DNA from: a virus
Taxonomy: Duplodnaviria > Heunggongvirae > Uroviricota > Caudoviricetes
Virus record (IMG/VR): IMGVR_UViG_2684622670_000009
Coordinates: 20,476-84,475 of that record
Strand: one strand, 5' to 3'
Length of the DNA stretch: 64,000 nucleotides
The position numbers were made by a program, and so were the translations under genes. Position 1 is the first letter of the stretch, and every line of letters starts with the position of its first letter. Below are positions 35,212 to 45,489 of this stretch, piece after piece. The notes beneath the pieces are model-generated. The model searched no databases. It saw only the letters and a list, made by a program, of their open reading frames with translations, and was not told the DNA's origin.

Positions 35212-35480
35212 TATTGACTATATGCGATAGCGAGAAGTTGACTATAGGCGACATTCGTTGACGCTGGTGGATTTTTGCTGGCGTCAATATTCTGCAAGTC
35301 GCTATTGAGATGGCTTTTAGGGTCATTTCATCGCGTATAGTCAACGTTTCTCCCGACAATATCTTACATAGTCGATCTTTGGTGGAGTTAAATCGACTAC
35401 AGTCAACTTTTGACTGTGGTCATATCGCGCATAGTCAACTATTCACATTAACCTTCGCGCATAGTCAACATTTGCGCGGT
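35211..35480. repeat. incA-like iteron array (about 8-9 iterons in both orientations)
   Basis: Repeated TTGACTATAKGCGA / CGCRTATAGTCAAC units downstream of repA. Confidence 0.55.
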
Positions 35481-35503
35481 TCTCATCAAGCAGTGGTATT
35501 GAT

Positions 35504-36313
35504 ATGCAAGAAGAGAAACAACACTACCTCTACGTTCTGGTGCCGGAGAACGGAGATACTTTTAAAATCGGCATTTCATGTGGTCCATTGGCACGGTTTA
35601 AAGGGCTACAAGTGAGTCCCGATATTGCGCTTTCACGAATCTATCGTGGTACGCGTTTGGCAATGGTTAATCTTGAGCGGGCTTTACACGCAACCTTTTT
35701 CCCCTGGAATGCGCCGTGGGAGAAAAGCGCCGGTGGCGGGCATACTGAATGGTTTACACGAGAGTGTCTTGATAAGGTTTTGGCTCATATCGAATATCTA
35801 AATGATATGTGGGGAGGGATTCTCGAGCTCATTAAGTCGAATGATTTACTTCAGCGTCCAGTAGATGCTGCTCGCTCTTTCGAAAAAGAGCTGGATGTTA
35901 CTTCTATCGTGACTTTCAAAGATGACGCAGGAATGAGGGATGTGGCTTATGTCTCCATATCTGGCTATGAACCGGACGCGATCCGCGCTCAATGTGAATT
36001 GCTGAAAGCAATGTTTATGCTTCGGACTAAATATCCCTGGGAGACAGGGCGGGTGTGCTTCCCTATGGAAGAGTTAACCGCCACCATTGATTCCCAGCTT
36101 TACCACGATAATCCAGAGAAGTTTTTTAGCCTTTTAGCCGGTAATGGGCTTAACTGTGTGTCCGGGCTGGGGCGAAGTAGAATCCAACATGCCTCGCTCT
36201 TCGGTCCCTTTTTTTACGATCGACACGGGTACTTTGAGGCTGAACTTCCGGCGCTTACGCGTGCTATAGATACTATCGATTTCGAACGATTATTCGCTGC
36301 TCTTAGCAAATAA
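35504..36313 (+). CDS. T5orf172 (GIY-YIG-like) domain protein
   Basis: 269 aa; HYLYVLVPENGDTFKIGIS ... GGHTEWF pattern typical of T5orf172 domains; lies between incA and parA. Confidence 0.5.
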   Translation: MQEEKQHYLYVLVPENGDTFKIGISCGPLARFKGLQVSPDIALSRIYRGTRLAMVNLERALHATFFPWNAPWEKSAGGGHTEWFTRECLDKVLAHIEYLNDMWGGILELIKSNDLLQRPVDAARSFEKELDVTSIVTFKDDAGMRDVAYVSISGYEPDAIRAQCELLKAMFMLRTKYPWETGRVCFPMEELTATIDSQLYHDNPEKFFSLLAGNGLNCVSGLGRSRIQHASLFGPFFYDRHGYFEAELPALTRAIDTIDFERLFAALSK

Positions 36314-36320
36314 CACTGAT

Positions 36321-36341
36321 GCCCCTGAACGGGGCTTTTTT
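36321..36341 (+). terminator. Rho-independent terminator
   Basis: GCCCC-TGAAC-GGGGC followed by T6. Confidence 0.6.
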
Positions 36342-36481
36342 GTGCCCTCCTTGTAACTATCAATCGTACAAAATGAACGAAACATGCAGAGAATGTTATG
36401 TACAAGCATCTACGCATACATTATTATTTTATGCAGCATTTTTAATTAAATTCAAAAATACAGCATAAAGGATGACTTTCG

Positions 36482-37678
36482 ATGAGTGATTCCAGCCAGC
36501 TTCACAAGGTTGCTCAAAGAGCAAACAGAATGCTCAATGTTCTGACTGAACAAGTACAGTTGCAAAAGGATGAGCTACACGCGAACGAGTTTTACCAGGT
36601 CTATGCGAAAGCGGCACTGGCAAAATTGCCTCTACTGACTCGAGCGAACGTTGACTATGCCGTAAGTGAAATGGAAGAAAAGGGTTATGTTTTCGATAAA
36701 CGCCCTGCTGGCTCTTCAATGAAATATGCGATGTCAATTCAGAACATCATTGATATATATGAACATCGCGGAGTGCCAAAATACCGGGATCGCTACAGCG
36801 AAGCGTATGTTATTTTCATCTCCAATCTTAAAGGCGGTGTGTCAAAAACTGTATCGACGGTTTCTCTGGCGCATGCAATGCGTGCCCACCCTCATCTTCT
36901 GATGGAAGATTTAAGGATTCTGGTTATTGACCTTGATCCGCAATCTTCAGCAACGATGTTTTTAAGCCATAAACACTCTATTGGTATCGTAAACGCAACA
37001 TCTGCACAGGCTATGTTGCAGAATGTAAGCCGTGAAGAGCTGTTAGAGGAGTTTATTGTTCCTTCTGTTGTACCTGGGGTTGACGTTATGCCTGCGTCGA
37101 TTGACGATGCCTTTATTGCATCCGATTGGAGAGAGCTGTGCAATGAGCATCTACCGGGTCAGAACATCCATGCTGTCCTGAAAGAAAATGTGATTGATAA
37201 GCTGAAGAGCGATTATGACTTTATCCTCGTTGATAGTGGTCCTCACCTTGACGCCTTCCTGAAAAATGCTTTGGCCTCGGCCAATATACTGTTTACACCT
37301 CTGCCGCCAGCAACTGTCGATTTCCACTCATCGCTTAAATACGTTGCCCGCCTTCCTGAGTTGGTGAAACTCATTTCGGATGAAGGCTGCGAATGCCAGC
37401 TTGCGACTAACATTGGTTTTATGTCCAAGTTGAGTAACAAGGCAGACCATAAGTATTGCCATAGCCTGGCGAAAGAAGTGTTCGGTGGGGATATGCTCGA
37501 TGTCGTCCTACCTCGCCTTGATGGTTTCGAACGCTGCGGCGAGTCCTTTGACACTGTTATTTCTGCTAATCCGGCAACGTATGTTGGTAGTGCTGACGCA
37601 CTGAAGAACGCGCGCATCGCCGCTGAAGATTTTGCAAAAGCAGTTTTTGACCGTATTGAATTTATCAGATCTAACTAA
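36482..37678 (+). CDS. parA: Partition ATPase ParA
   Basis: 398 aa; deviant Walker A KGGVSKT; same length as P1 ParA from memory. Confidence 0.9.
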   Translation: MSDSSQLHKVAQRANRMLNVLTEQVQLQKDELHANEFYQVYAKAALAKLPLLTRANVDYAVSEMEEKGYVFDKRPAGSSMKYAMSIQNIIDIYEHRGVPKYRDRYSEAYVIFISNLKGGVSKTVSTVSLAHAMRAHPHLLMEDLRILVIDLDPQSSATMFLSHKHSIGIVNATSAQAMLQNVSREELLEEFIVPSVVPGVDVMPASIDDAFIASDWRELCNEHLPGQNIHAVLKENVIDKLKSDYDFILVDSGPHLDAFLKNALASANILFTPLPPATVDFHSSLKYVARLPELVKLISDEGCECQLATNIGFMSKLSNKADHKYCHSLAKEVFGGDMLDVVLPRLDGFERCGESFDTVISANPATYVGSADALKNARIAAEDFAKAVFDRIEFIRSN

Positions 37679-37694
37679 GGAGTAAGAAAACGCC

Positions 37695-38696
37695 ATGTCA
37701 AAGAAAAACAGACCAACAATTGGGCGAACCCTTAATCCTTCAGTATTAAGCGCATTTGATAGTTCCTCTGCCTCTGGTGATCGGGTTGAGCAGGTATTCA
37801 AGCTATCAACTGGTCGCCAGGCTACATTCATTGAGGAGGTAATCCCTCCAAACCGGGTAGAAGGCGATACCTTTGTTGATCAGCATAACAACGGACGTGA
37901 TCAGGCAGCTCTTACACCAAAATCATTAAAAAGCATCAGAAGCACCATTAAGCATCAGCAATTTTACCCAGCAATAGGTGTTAGACGGGCTACAGGAAAA
38001 ATTGAAATTTTGGATGGTTCCCGGCGTCGAGCTTCTGCCATCTTAGAGAACGTAGGGTTGCGGGTTTTAGTCACGGACCAGGAGATCAGCGTCCAGGAAG
38101 CGCAAAATTTAGCGAAAGACGTTCAGACAGCATTGCAGCACAGCATTCGAGAAATAGGTCTGCGTTTGATGCGAATGAAAAATGATGGGATGAGTCAGAA
38201 GGATATTGCAGCCAAAGAAGGGCTATCTCAGGCGAAGGTCACGCGCGCTCTCCAGGCAGCGAGTGCTCCGGAAGAATTAGTCGCCCTTTTCCCTGTGCAG
38301 TCGGAATTAACCTTTTCGGACTACAAAACGCTTTGTGCTGTTGGCGACGAAATGGGGAACAAGAATTTAGAGTTTGATCAGCTTATTCAAAACATATCCG
38401 CGGAAATAAACGACATCTTATCCATTGAAGAAATGGCCGAAGATGAAGTTAAAAATAAAATCCTGCGCTTGATAACAAAGGAAGCCTCACTACTCACGGA
38501 TAAAGGTTCTAAAGATAAGTCCGTAGTTACTGAATTATGGAGATTTGAGGACAAGGATCGCTTTGCAAGGAAGCGCGTGAAAGGCCGTGCATTTTCTTAT
38601 GAGTTTAATCGACTTTCAAAAGAGCTACAGGAAGAACTCGACAGGATGATTGGGCATATCCTTAGAAAGAGCCTCGATAAAAAGCCGAAGCCTTAA
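37695..38696 (+). CDS. parB: Partition protein ParB
   Basis: 333 aa immediately downstream of parA and upstream of parS motifs. Confidence 0.85.
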   Translation: MSKKNRPTIGRTLNPSVLSAFDSSSASGDRVEQVFKLSTGRQATFIEEVIPPNRVEGDTFVDQHNNGRDQAALTPKSLKSIRSTIKHQQFYPAIGVRRATGKIEILDGSRRRASAILENVGLRVLVTDQEISVQEAQNLAKDVQTALQHSIREIGLRLMRMKNDGMSQKDIAAKEGLSQAKVTRALQAASAPEELVALFPVQSELTFSDYKTLCAVGDEMGNKNLEFDQLIQNISAEINDILSIEEMAEDEVKNKILRLITKEASLLTDKGSKDKSVVTELWRFEDKDRFARKRVKGRAFSYEFNRLSKELQEELDRMIGHILRKSLDKKPKP

Positions 38697-38700
38697 ACTT

Positions 38701-38787
38701 TCGCCATTCAAATTTCACTATTAACCTACTGTTTTTAAATTAAATCCCTCTAAAATTTCAAGGTGAAATCGCCACGATTTCACCTTG
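38701..38787 (+). other. parS: Partition site parS (box A ATTTCAC and box B TCGCCA motifs)
   Basis: TCGCCATTCAAATTTCAC ... TCAAGGTGAAATCGCCACGATTTCACCTTGG palindrome. Confidence 0.65.
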
Positions 38788-38921
38788 GATTTTACCTTCC
38801 TCGCCTACTCCCGAAAAAAATAAAAAAATTGCTTGTCACGAGAAAGTCAACAAGTGACTTTCAATAAAATCTCTTCCGAAAAGGGATTCACACAAGTGCC
38901 TTGTGTTTAAGGAAGAGTAAA

Positions 38922-40628
38922 TTGAGTAACTTACGCGAATACCAGAATCGTATTGCAGATATCGCAAAACGCTCTAAAGCTGTGCTTGGCTGGGCAAGCA
39001 CTGCGCAGTTCGGTACTGATAACCAATTCATTAAAGATGATGCCGCGCGTGCCGCATCTATCCTTGAAGCTGCACGTAAAGACCCGATTTTTGCGGGTAT
39101 CTCTGATAATGCCACCGCTCAAATCGCTACAGCGTGGGCAAGTGCACTGGCTGACTACGCCGCAGCACATAAATCTATGCCGCGTCCGGAAATTCTGGCC
39201 TCCTGCCACCAGACGCTGGAAAACTGCCTGATTGAGTCCACCCGCAATAGCATGGATGCCACTAATAAAGCGATGCTGGAATCCGTCGCAGCAGAGATGA
39301 TGAGCGTTTCTGACGGTGTTATGCGTCTGCCTTTATTCCTCGCGATGATCCTGCCTGTTCAGTTGGGGGCAGCTACCGCTGATGCGTGTACCTTCATTCC
39401 GGTTACGCGTGACCAGTCCGATATCTACGAAGTCTTTAACGTGGCAGGTTCCTCTTTTGGTTCTTATGCTGCTGGTGATGTTCTGGACATGCAATCCGTC
39501 GGTGTGTACAGCCAGTTACGCCGCCGCTATGTGCTGGTGGCAAGCTCCGATGGCACCAGCAAAACCGCAACCTTCAAGATGGAAGACTTCGAAGGCCAGA
39601 ATGTACCAATCCGAAAAGGTCGCACTAACATCTACGTTAACCGTATTAAGTATGTTGTTGATAACGGTTCCGGCAGCCTACTTCACTCGTTTACTAATGC
39701 TGCTGGTGAGCAAATCACTGTTACCTGCTCTCTGAACTACAACATTGGTCAGATTGCCCTGTCGTTCTCCAAAGCGCCGGATAAAGGCACTGAGATCGCA
39801 ATTGAGACGGAAATCAATATTGAAGCCGCTCCTGAGCTGATCCCGCTGATCAACCACGAAATGAAGAAATACACCCTGTTCCCAAGCCAGTTCGTTATCG
39901 CGGCTGAGCACACGGTACAGGCGGCGTATGAAGCACAGCGTGAATTTGGTCTGGACCTGGGTTCCTTACAGTTCCGCACCCTGAAAGAATACCTGTCCCA
40001 TGAACAGGATATGTTGCGTCTCCGCATCATGATCTGGCGTACTCTTGCGACCGACACCTTTGACATCGCTCTGCCGGTTAACCAGTCCTTTGATGTATGG
40101 GCAACCATCATTCGTGGCAAATTCCAGACTGTATATCGCGACATTATTGAGCGCGTTAAATCTTCTGGTGCGATGGGGATGTTTGCTGGTGCTGATGCAG
40201 CATCTTTCTTCAAACAGTTGCCGAAGGATTTCTTCCAGCCAGCCGAAGACTATATCCAGACTCCGTATGTTCACTACATCGGTACCCTGTTCGGTAACGT
40301 GAAAGTGTACGAAGTACCTGCTGGTATTTGTAAGAACTTAACGACAGAGAACATTCAGCTCAGCTCGATGGATGTGCTGTGCTACGTCCGTGATGAAAAT
40401 CCGGGTAAAGCAGGCTTCGTGACTGGTGATGCTGTCCCGGCCATCCCGTTCCAGCATCCGACCACTCCGGCGCTGGTCAACCGTACCACGCTGTGGGGTT
40501 CGGCTATCAACGATATGCACCCACGCAACGGCGCTGATTACTTCACTCGTGTAACGCTGACAATGGCCAAAAAAGGCGGGCTTAACTTCATTAGCGGCGA
40601 CACGATTGATGCCGGTGACTCTGAGTAA
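38922..40628 (+). CDS. Putative major capsid protein (gene 23-like; assignment by size and position)
   Basis: About 568 aa, TTG start with AAGGAAGAG Shine-Dalgarno; no diagnostic motif recognised. Confidence 0.4.
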   Translation: MSNLREYQNRIADIAKRSKAVLGWASTAQFGTDNQFIKDDAARAASILEAARKDPIFAGISDNATAQIATAWASALADYAAAHKSMPRPEILASCHQTLENCLIESTRNSMDATNKAMLESVAAEMMSVSDGVMRLPLFLAMILPVQLGAATADACTFIPVTRDQSDIYEVFNVAGSSFGSYAAGDVLDMQSVGVYSQLRRRYVLVASSDGTSKTATFKMEDFEGQNVPIRKGRTNIYVNRIKYVVDNGSGSLLHSFTNAAGEQITVTCSLNYNIGQIALSFSKAPDKGTEIAIETEINIEAAPELIPLINHEMKKYTLFPSQFVIAAEHTVQAAYEAQREFGLDLGSLQFRTLKEYLSHEQDMLRLRIMIWRTLATDTFDIALPVNQSFDVWATIIRGKFQTVYRDIIERVKSSGAMGMFAGADAASFFKQLPKDFFQPAEDYIQTPYVHYIGTLFGNVKVYEVPAGICKNLTTENIQLSSMDVLCYVRDENPGKAGFVTGDAVPAIPFQHPTTPALVNRTTLWGSAINDMHPRNGADYFTRVTLTMAKKGGLNFISGDTIDAGDSE

Positions 40629-40688
40629 TCAGGGGAAGTTCTCCGTTTAACATAGCGCCCCCGTGCGGGGCGCATAACAGGGAAAGTT

Positions 40689-42268
40689 ATGTCTCAATAT
40701 TCAATTCAACAGTCATTAGGTAATGCATCCGGCGTCGCGGTTAGCCCGATCAATGCCGATGCGACGTTATCTACCGGTGTTGCATTAAATAGCAGCTTGT
40801 GGGCTGGTATTGGCGTATTTGCGCGTGGCAAGCCGTTTACTGTTCTTGCGGTTACTGAGTCCAATTACGAAGATGTTCTCGGCGAACCGCTGAAACCGTC
40901 TTCCGGCTCACAGTTCGAATCAATTCGTCATGTGTACGAAGCTATTCAGCAAACGTCTGGTTACGTTGTTCGTGCTGTTCCGGATGATGCGAAGTTCCCG
41001 ATTATCATGTTCGATGAATCAGGCGAACCGGCTTACAGCGCGTTGCCATACGGTTCTGAAATTGAACTTGATAGCGGCGAAGCCTTTGCGATCTACGTTG
41101 ATGACGGCGACCCATGCGTTTCACCTACGCGTGAGTTAACCATCGAAACGGCAGCTGCGGACAGCGCAGATAATGAACGCTTCCTCCTGAAACTGACCCA
41201 GACGACTTCGCTCGGTGTGGTTACGACCCTGGAGACACATATTGTATCTTTGGCGGAAGAAGCGAAAGATGACATGGGCCGATTGTGTTATCTGCCTACG
41301 GCTCTGGAAGCCCGTTCTAAATATCTGCGCGCGGTTGTTAATGAAGAGCTGATTTCGACCGCGAAAGTAACAAATAAAAAATCACTGGCGGTACCAACGG
41401 CGATCAGTCGAAAATCTCCACCGAAGCCTACCTGCGTGCGGTTAAGGTGCTGAACAATGCGCCGTACATGTACACCGCTGTTCTCGGCCTGGGTTGCTAT
41501 GACAATGCGGCGATCACCGCATTAGGTAATATCTGTTCTGATCGCCTGATTGATGGCTTCTTTGATGTCAAACCGACATTGACGTATACGGAAGCGCTCT
41601 CTGCTGTTGAAGATACCGGTTTACTTGGTACCGATTATGTAAGCTGTGCTTTCTATCACTACCCGTTCTCCTGCAAAGACAAATGGACCCAATCCCGTGT
41701 TGTCTTCGGTTTGTCTGGCACGGCGTATGCGGCAAAAGCCCGTGGCGTCAAGAAAAACTCTGATGTCGGCGGTTGGCATTATTCTCCTGCTGGAGAAGAA
41801 CGCGCCATCATTGCTCGTGCGTCAATTCAACCGCTGTATCCGGAGGATACCCCAGACGAAGAAGCAATGGTCAAGGGCCGTCTCAATAAAGTATCTGTTG
41901 GCACCTCTGGCCAGATGATCATCGACGATGCTTTAACTTGCTGCACGCAGGATAACTATCTGCACTTCCAGCACGTCCCATCCCTGATGAATGCAATCAG
42001 CCGTTTCTTTGTCCAGTTAGCACGCCAGATGAAGCATAGCCCTGATGGTATTACTGCCGCTGGTCTGACTAAAGGGATGACCAAACTTTTGGATCGCTTT
42101 GTCGCTGCCGGTGCTCTGGTGGCTCCTCGTGATCCGGATGCTGACGGTACAGAACCGTATGTGCTGAAAGTTACGCAGGCGGAATTCGATAAATGGGAAG
42201 TGGTCTGGGCCTGCTGCCCGACAGGTGTCGCCCGTCGTATCCAGGGCATACCGCTGCTTATTAAGTAA
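40689..42268 (+). pseudogene. Large virion protein (possibly tail sheath-like) split by a -1 frame break in an A6 run (or a programmed frameshift)
   Basis: ORFs 40689..41453 and 41447..42268; frame switches at aca aat aaa aaa (41370-41381); an A7 run would give about 526 aa in one frame. Confidence 0.5.
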
Positions 42269-42277
42269 GGGAATACA

Positions 42278-43093
42278 ATGAGCAAAAACTTTTTTCAATC
42301 CGGGGCATTTTTGGGGAATGGCCTGTCCCGTTTCGCTTTAAACGCTGATCCGGTACAGCTGATGGAATCTGCCCGTGCAAGTGCCCAACCGCCAACAGAT
42401 CCGGAGATTAATAATGACCAGGAACCGGCGGCACAGATTAACGAGAATGTTCAATCTGACCTGGCCCCTGATCAAATCCTGGAGGGGAAAGACGGTAAAG
42501 AATGGACTGTCGAACAGGCGCACCAGATGATTCTGGAAGCTGCAAATCGAAGTGCTATGCAGAATGCGTTGAGTAATGCGGCTGATGCCGTTTTCGCCTG
42601 GGCTGATAGCGGTGATCTGACTTTCGACTCTCTTGATGGTTTTGTTCAGGCTATCGCTGGCATCTCTGATGATGACGACTCCGAAGTTACAGAAGAACAG
42701 GATGATGCCTATAACGAAGCATGGACAAATGTTGCTGACTTCCTCGCAGCATGCGGTGTAGATGATGACCTGATCGAAGCACTGGCTGACGATGAAGACG
42801 ACGACGCAGCTGCTGATGTCGGTTCCGCTATTGCAGGTTTGGATAGCGATGACCGCGACGAACTGGAAGCTGCGTTTGTTGTTGCTGGCACTTCTGATGA
42901 AATGCTGACCGAAGCATTTAAGAAAGTTGTTCGTAACGGTGAGATCAAACTTATCCGTAAACGCCTGCGTAAAAAACGTCTGACAGCGGCTCAAAAATCG
43001 GCGCTGAAAAAAGCGCGTCGTAAAGCCCAGACCGGTGCGGCAAAACTGGCCCGCAAAAAGTCAATGAAACTGCGCCGTAAGCGCCTCGGCTAA
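42278..43093 (+). CDS. Acidic protein with basic C-terminal tail
   Basis: 271 aa; Asp/Glu-rich centre and KKARRKAQ...RKRLG tail; AAGGGA Shine-Dalgarno; terminator follows. Confidence 0.5.
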   Translation: MSKNFFQSGAFLGNGLSRFALNADPVQLMESARASAQPPTDPEINNDQEPAAQINENVQSDLAPDQILEGKDGKEWTVEQAHQMILEAANRSAMQNALSNAADAVFAWADSGDLTFDSLDGFVQAIAGISDDDDSEVTEEQDDAYNEAWTNVADFLAACGVDDDLIEALADDEDDDAAADVGSAIAGLDSDDRDELEAAFVVAGTSDEMLTEAFKKVVRNGEIKLIRKRLRKKRLTAAQKSALKKARRKAQTGAAKLARKKSMKLRRKRLG

Positions 43094-43097
43094 AGGA

Positions 43098-43126
43098 GGA
43101 GGCCGGAGAGCTCCGGCCTTTATCTT
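43098..43126 (+). terminator. Rho-independent terminator
   Basis: GGCCGGAG-AG-CTCCGGCC hairpin followed by TTTATCTT. Confidence 0.55.
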
Positions 43127-43128
43127 GA

Positions 43129-43710
43129 ATGGCACCTATACCTTTTGGAGTTCACGGCCAGGCTGATGGTGTATCACCATGCCTGAAAGTTACTCTGACT
43201 AACTCTAAGTATCAGGTTACTGGATATATCAGCCAGGGGGCGGCAATGAACATGGCCCAGAATTGGGAGGCTCCTTTTACTGGTATGTCCATGGGTTCTG
43301 TTGCTGGTGCCTTCAGTGGTTTTGCGCAGGTTGGTACTGAAACAACGTCGGTTGCCCGTTGGAACAGCTTAATGGTTTGGGAAGGGGGTACTCCGCCGAC
43401 GTTCACGCTGCCAGTAACTTTCATTGCTTTATTTGACCCGTTTACGGAGGTTTCAGGAGCTATCGCCGCGTTGTCAGCGATGATTAGCCCGGAACTTAAA
43501 GATGCCAGTATTGGTGGTCGTATCCCGGAGCGTGTGACGTTAAATATTGGTCGCCGGATCAACATCATTGATGTTGCTATCCAGGACCTAAGTTTCGATC
43601 TCGATGCGCCCAGGGACAGCAACGGGCATTTCCTGAAAAATACAGTCAACCTCCAGTTGACAGGTTCTTCGATATATAACAGCTCCGATATCATTCGGGC
43701 GTTCCAGTAA
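43129..43710 (+). CDS. Hypothetical virion protein
   Basis: 193-aa ORF; an internal ATG at 43246 has a better Shine-Dalgarno and may be the real start. Confidence 0.45.
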   Translation: MAPIPFGVHGQADGVSPCLKVTLTNSKYQVTGYISQGAAMNMAQNWEAPFTGMSMGSVAGAFSGFAQVGTETTSVARWNSLMVWEGGTPPTFTLPVTFIALFDPFTEVSGAIAALSAMISPELKDASIGGRIPERVTLNIGRRINIIDVAIQDLSFDLDAPRDSNGHFLKNTVNLQLTGSSIYNSSDIIRAFQ

Positions 43711-43721
43711 AAGGATTTTAT

Positions 43722-44231
43722 ATGGGACACAATAACACTAAGGGAAACCGTAAATTTATTAAGGGCCGCTATACTGCCAACGCGGCCAAAGGCGAACGAC
43801 TGGTATCGTCTGAATTCCAGCTCACTTTTGCAGGCCATGAAGATATCAGCGTACTGGTTCGCACATCGCAAATCCCTGAAATGACCCGAGAGGATGTGGA
43901 AGACTATGGTCCGAATGGTGTGAAGTTCAACCAGCACGGACCAATCCGTAACTCAGGGGAAATCCAGGTCCAGTGTGTGGAGACTATCGAAGGTGATATT
44001 CTTCAGTTCATTAAAGATCGCATTGCGGCGAAGGACTATGTTGATATCACTATGGCTGCAACTCCTGAATCCAAATCCTCCGGGGTTAAAGCTGTGACAA
44101 AAGCTGCTACAACAATTGAAATGTTGGACTGCAAAATCTACAGTGATGCAATTGACTTTAGTACCGAAGATGTGACTGCCGCTGTGCGCCCGTCACTTCG
44201 TATCGTCTACAACTGGATTGATTGGGATTAA
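43722..44231 (+). CDS. Putative tail tube-like protein (by size and context)
   Basis: 169 aa, AAAGGA Shine-Dalgarno, followed by a strong terminator. Confidence 0.4.
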   Translation: MGHNNTKGNRKFIKGRYTANAAKGERLVSSEFQLTFAGHEDISVLVRTSQIPEMTREDVEDYGPNGVKFNQHGPIRNSGEIQVQCVETIEGDILQFIKDRIAAKDYVDITMAATPESKSSGVKAVTKAATTIEMLDCKIYSDAIDFSTEDVTAAVRPSLRIVYNWIDWD

Positions 44232-44250
44232 GAGTCATCCCTTGTATTTT

Positions 44251-44278
44251 AAAGCTCCTTCGGGAGCTTTTTTTATAA
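44251..44278 (+). terminator. Rho-independent terminator
   Basis: AAGCTCC-TTCG-GGAGCTT followed by T7. Confidence 0.7.
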
Positions 44279-44402
44279 CTATTTTATATAAAAATGCATC
44301 GATAACATTGTCTGGAGTTTTATGTTAGATTATTAATGTTCTAATAAACTACAATTATTGAGGTAGATGTTTGTGCCTGTACTGTTAAAGGGGGACTCTA
44401 AA

Positions 44403-44999
44403 ATGGCTGTGATTCCAATGTCGTACTCCCCGGGCACTGTCGCTCGTCGATTTTCGATCCTGGACGGTGTAATCATCCAGGGTGTGCTTTACCAGATTAT
44501 ATGGGATTCCAAAACCCCATTTGCAGCCGTAATAGAAGCAGCGCCTTCTGTTATCGATGGTGATATGCGCCATAAGGTTGTCGCTACTCTTGAACTTCAA
44601 CGTCGCCCGCAGCTTGAAGGCGTACTGGTAAGGAAGTTCTGGGAGGATAGCGATGTTGCCCAGATTGAAGGTATCGTGGTTGATGGAACCGTCCGGGATG
44701 TCGGTTTAGCCACTTTTGTTTATGAAACCGTAGCTTCAAAAGCCGGAGTTGTTTTGCTAAGTGACAATGAGCAATACGAAGGCGGAAAGGCTCTTTGGCA
44801 GCACATCGCTCGTCGTTCTTCCGAACTAAAAGTTTTTATCCTGGACACCGATACTGCTCAGTATTACCCATTTGATGGCGAACGTGTTTGCTATGACGGG
44901 AAAAGTATTCCTGAATCCGAGATATGGAGTGAACATCCGGATCGAAGTAAGCATGGGGTTGTTCTTGTCGCAGAATCCATAACTGGAAAGGCGGCATAG
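44403..44999 (+). CDS. Hypothetical protein
   Basis: About 198 aa from ATG with AAGGGGGA Shine-Dalgarno. Confidence 0.5.
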   Translation: MAVIPMSYSPGTVARRFSILDGVIIQGVLYQIIWDSKTPFAAVIEAAPSVIDGDMRHKVVATLELQRRPQLEGVLVRKFWEDSDVAQIEGIVVDGTVRDVGLATFVYETVASKAGVVLLSDNEQYEGGKALWQHIARRSSELKVFILDTDTAQYYPFDGERVCYDGKSIPESEIWSEHPDRSKHGVVLVAESITGKAA

Positions 45000-45178
45000 C
45001 AGTAAAAAATTCCTTGCTCCTTGACAGAGGAGAGGATTAATCTAAGTACGCTAAGCATAGGTATGGCCCCGGTTAATGTTAAGCGTTGTGCGGGACGCAT
45101 AATGTTTACTGGGGCTTTCTTTTATCTATTTTGGGATAATCCTGAATTCCGTAGTATTTGGCATCGGCTGCGGCTACA

Positions 45179-45430
45179 TCAGCGTTTGACTCTATTTCTA
45201 TAGAAATCACCTGGAAGGGTGAATATCCACATCAGAAGAAACGTTGCAGCAAACATGATCCCTAATGGCCAGAATATGCCAAAAAAAATCATTATCCAAA
45301 AACGATCCCACCAGGCCATTTCTGCATTAGCTCGCAAAATATATCGACTTAATGCGTATATCAGCCCACCGATTAGTATATAGATGAGAATAGATACCAG
45401 GATAGTCATAGCGTTAGTCTCAATGGGCAT
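45179..45430 (-). CDS. Small membrane protein (two predicted TM helices)
   Basis: 83 aa, strongly hydrophobic (ILVSILIYILIGGLIYAL; IMIFFGIFWPLGIMFAATFLLMWIF). Confidence 0.5.
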   Translation of the reverse strand: MPIETNAMTILVSILIYILIGGLIYALSRYILRANAEMAWWDRFWIMIFFGIFWPLGIMFAATFLLMWIFTLPGDFYRNRVKR

Positions 45431-45489
45431 AACGAATATCGCCAGAGCAATGTATAAATCCCTCTGCGCCGGGCAGAGGGACTAAATAG

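Noticed and set aside
44335-44350. C1-operator-like sequence tgttctaataaactac
   Set aside because: At least 4 mismatches to the 17-mer consensus; below the quality of the other sites.
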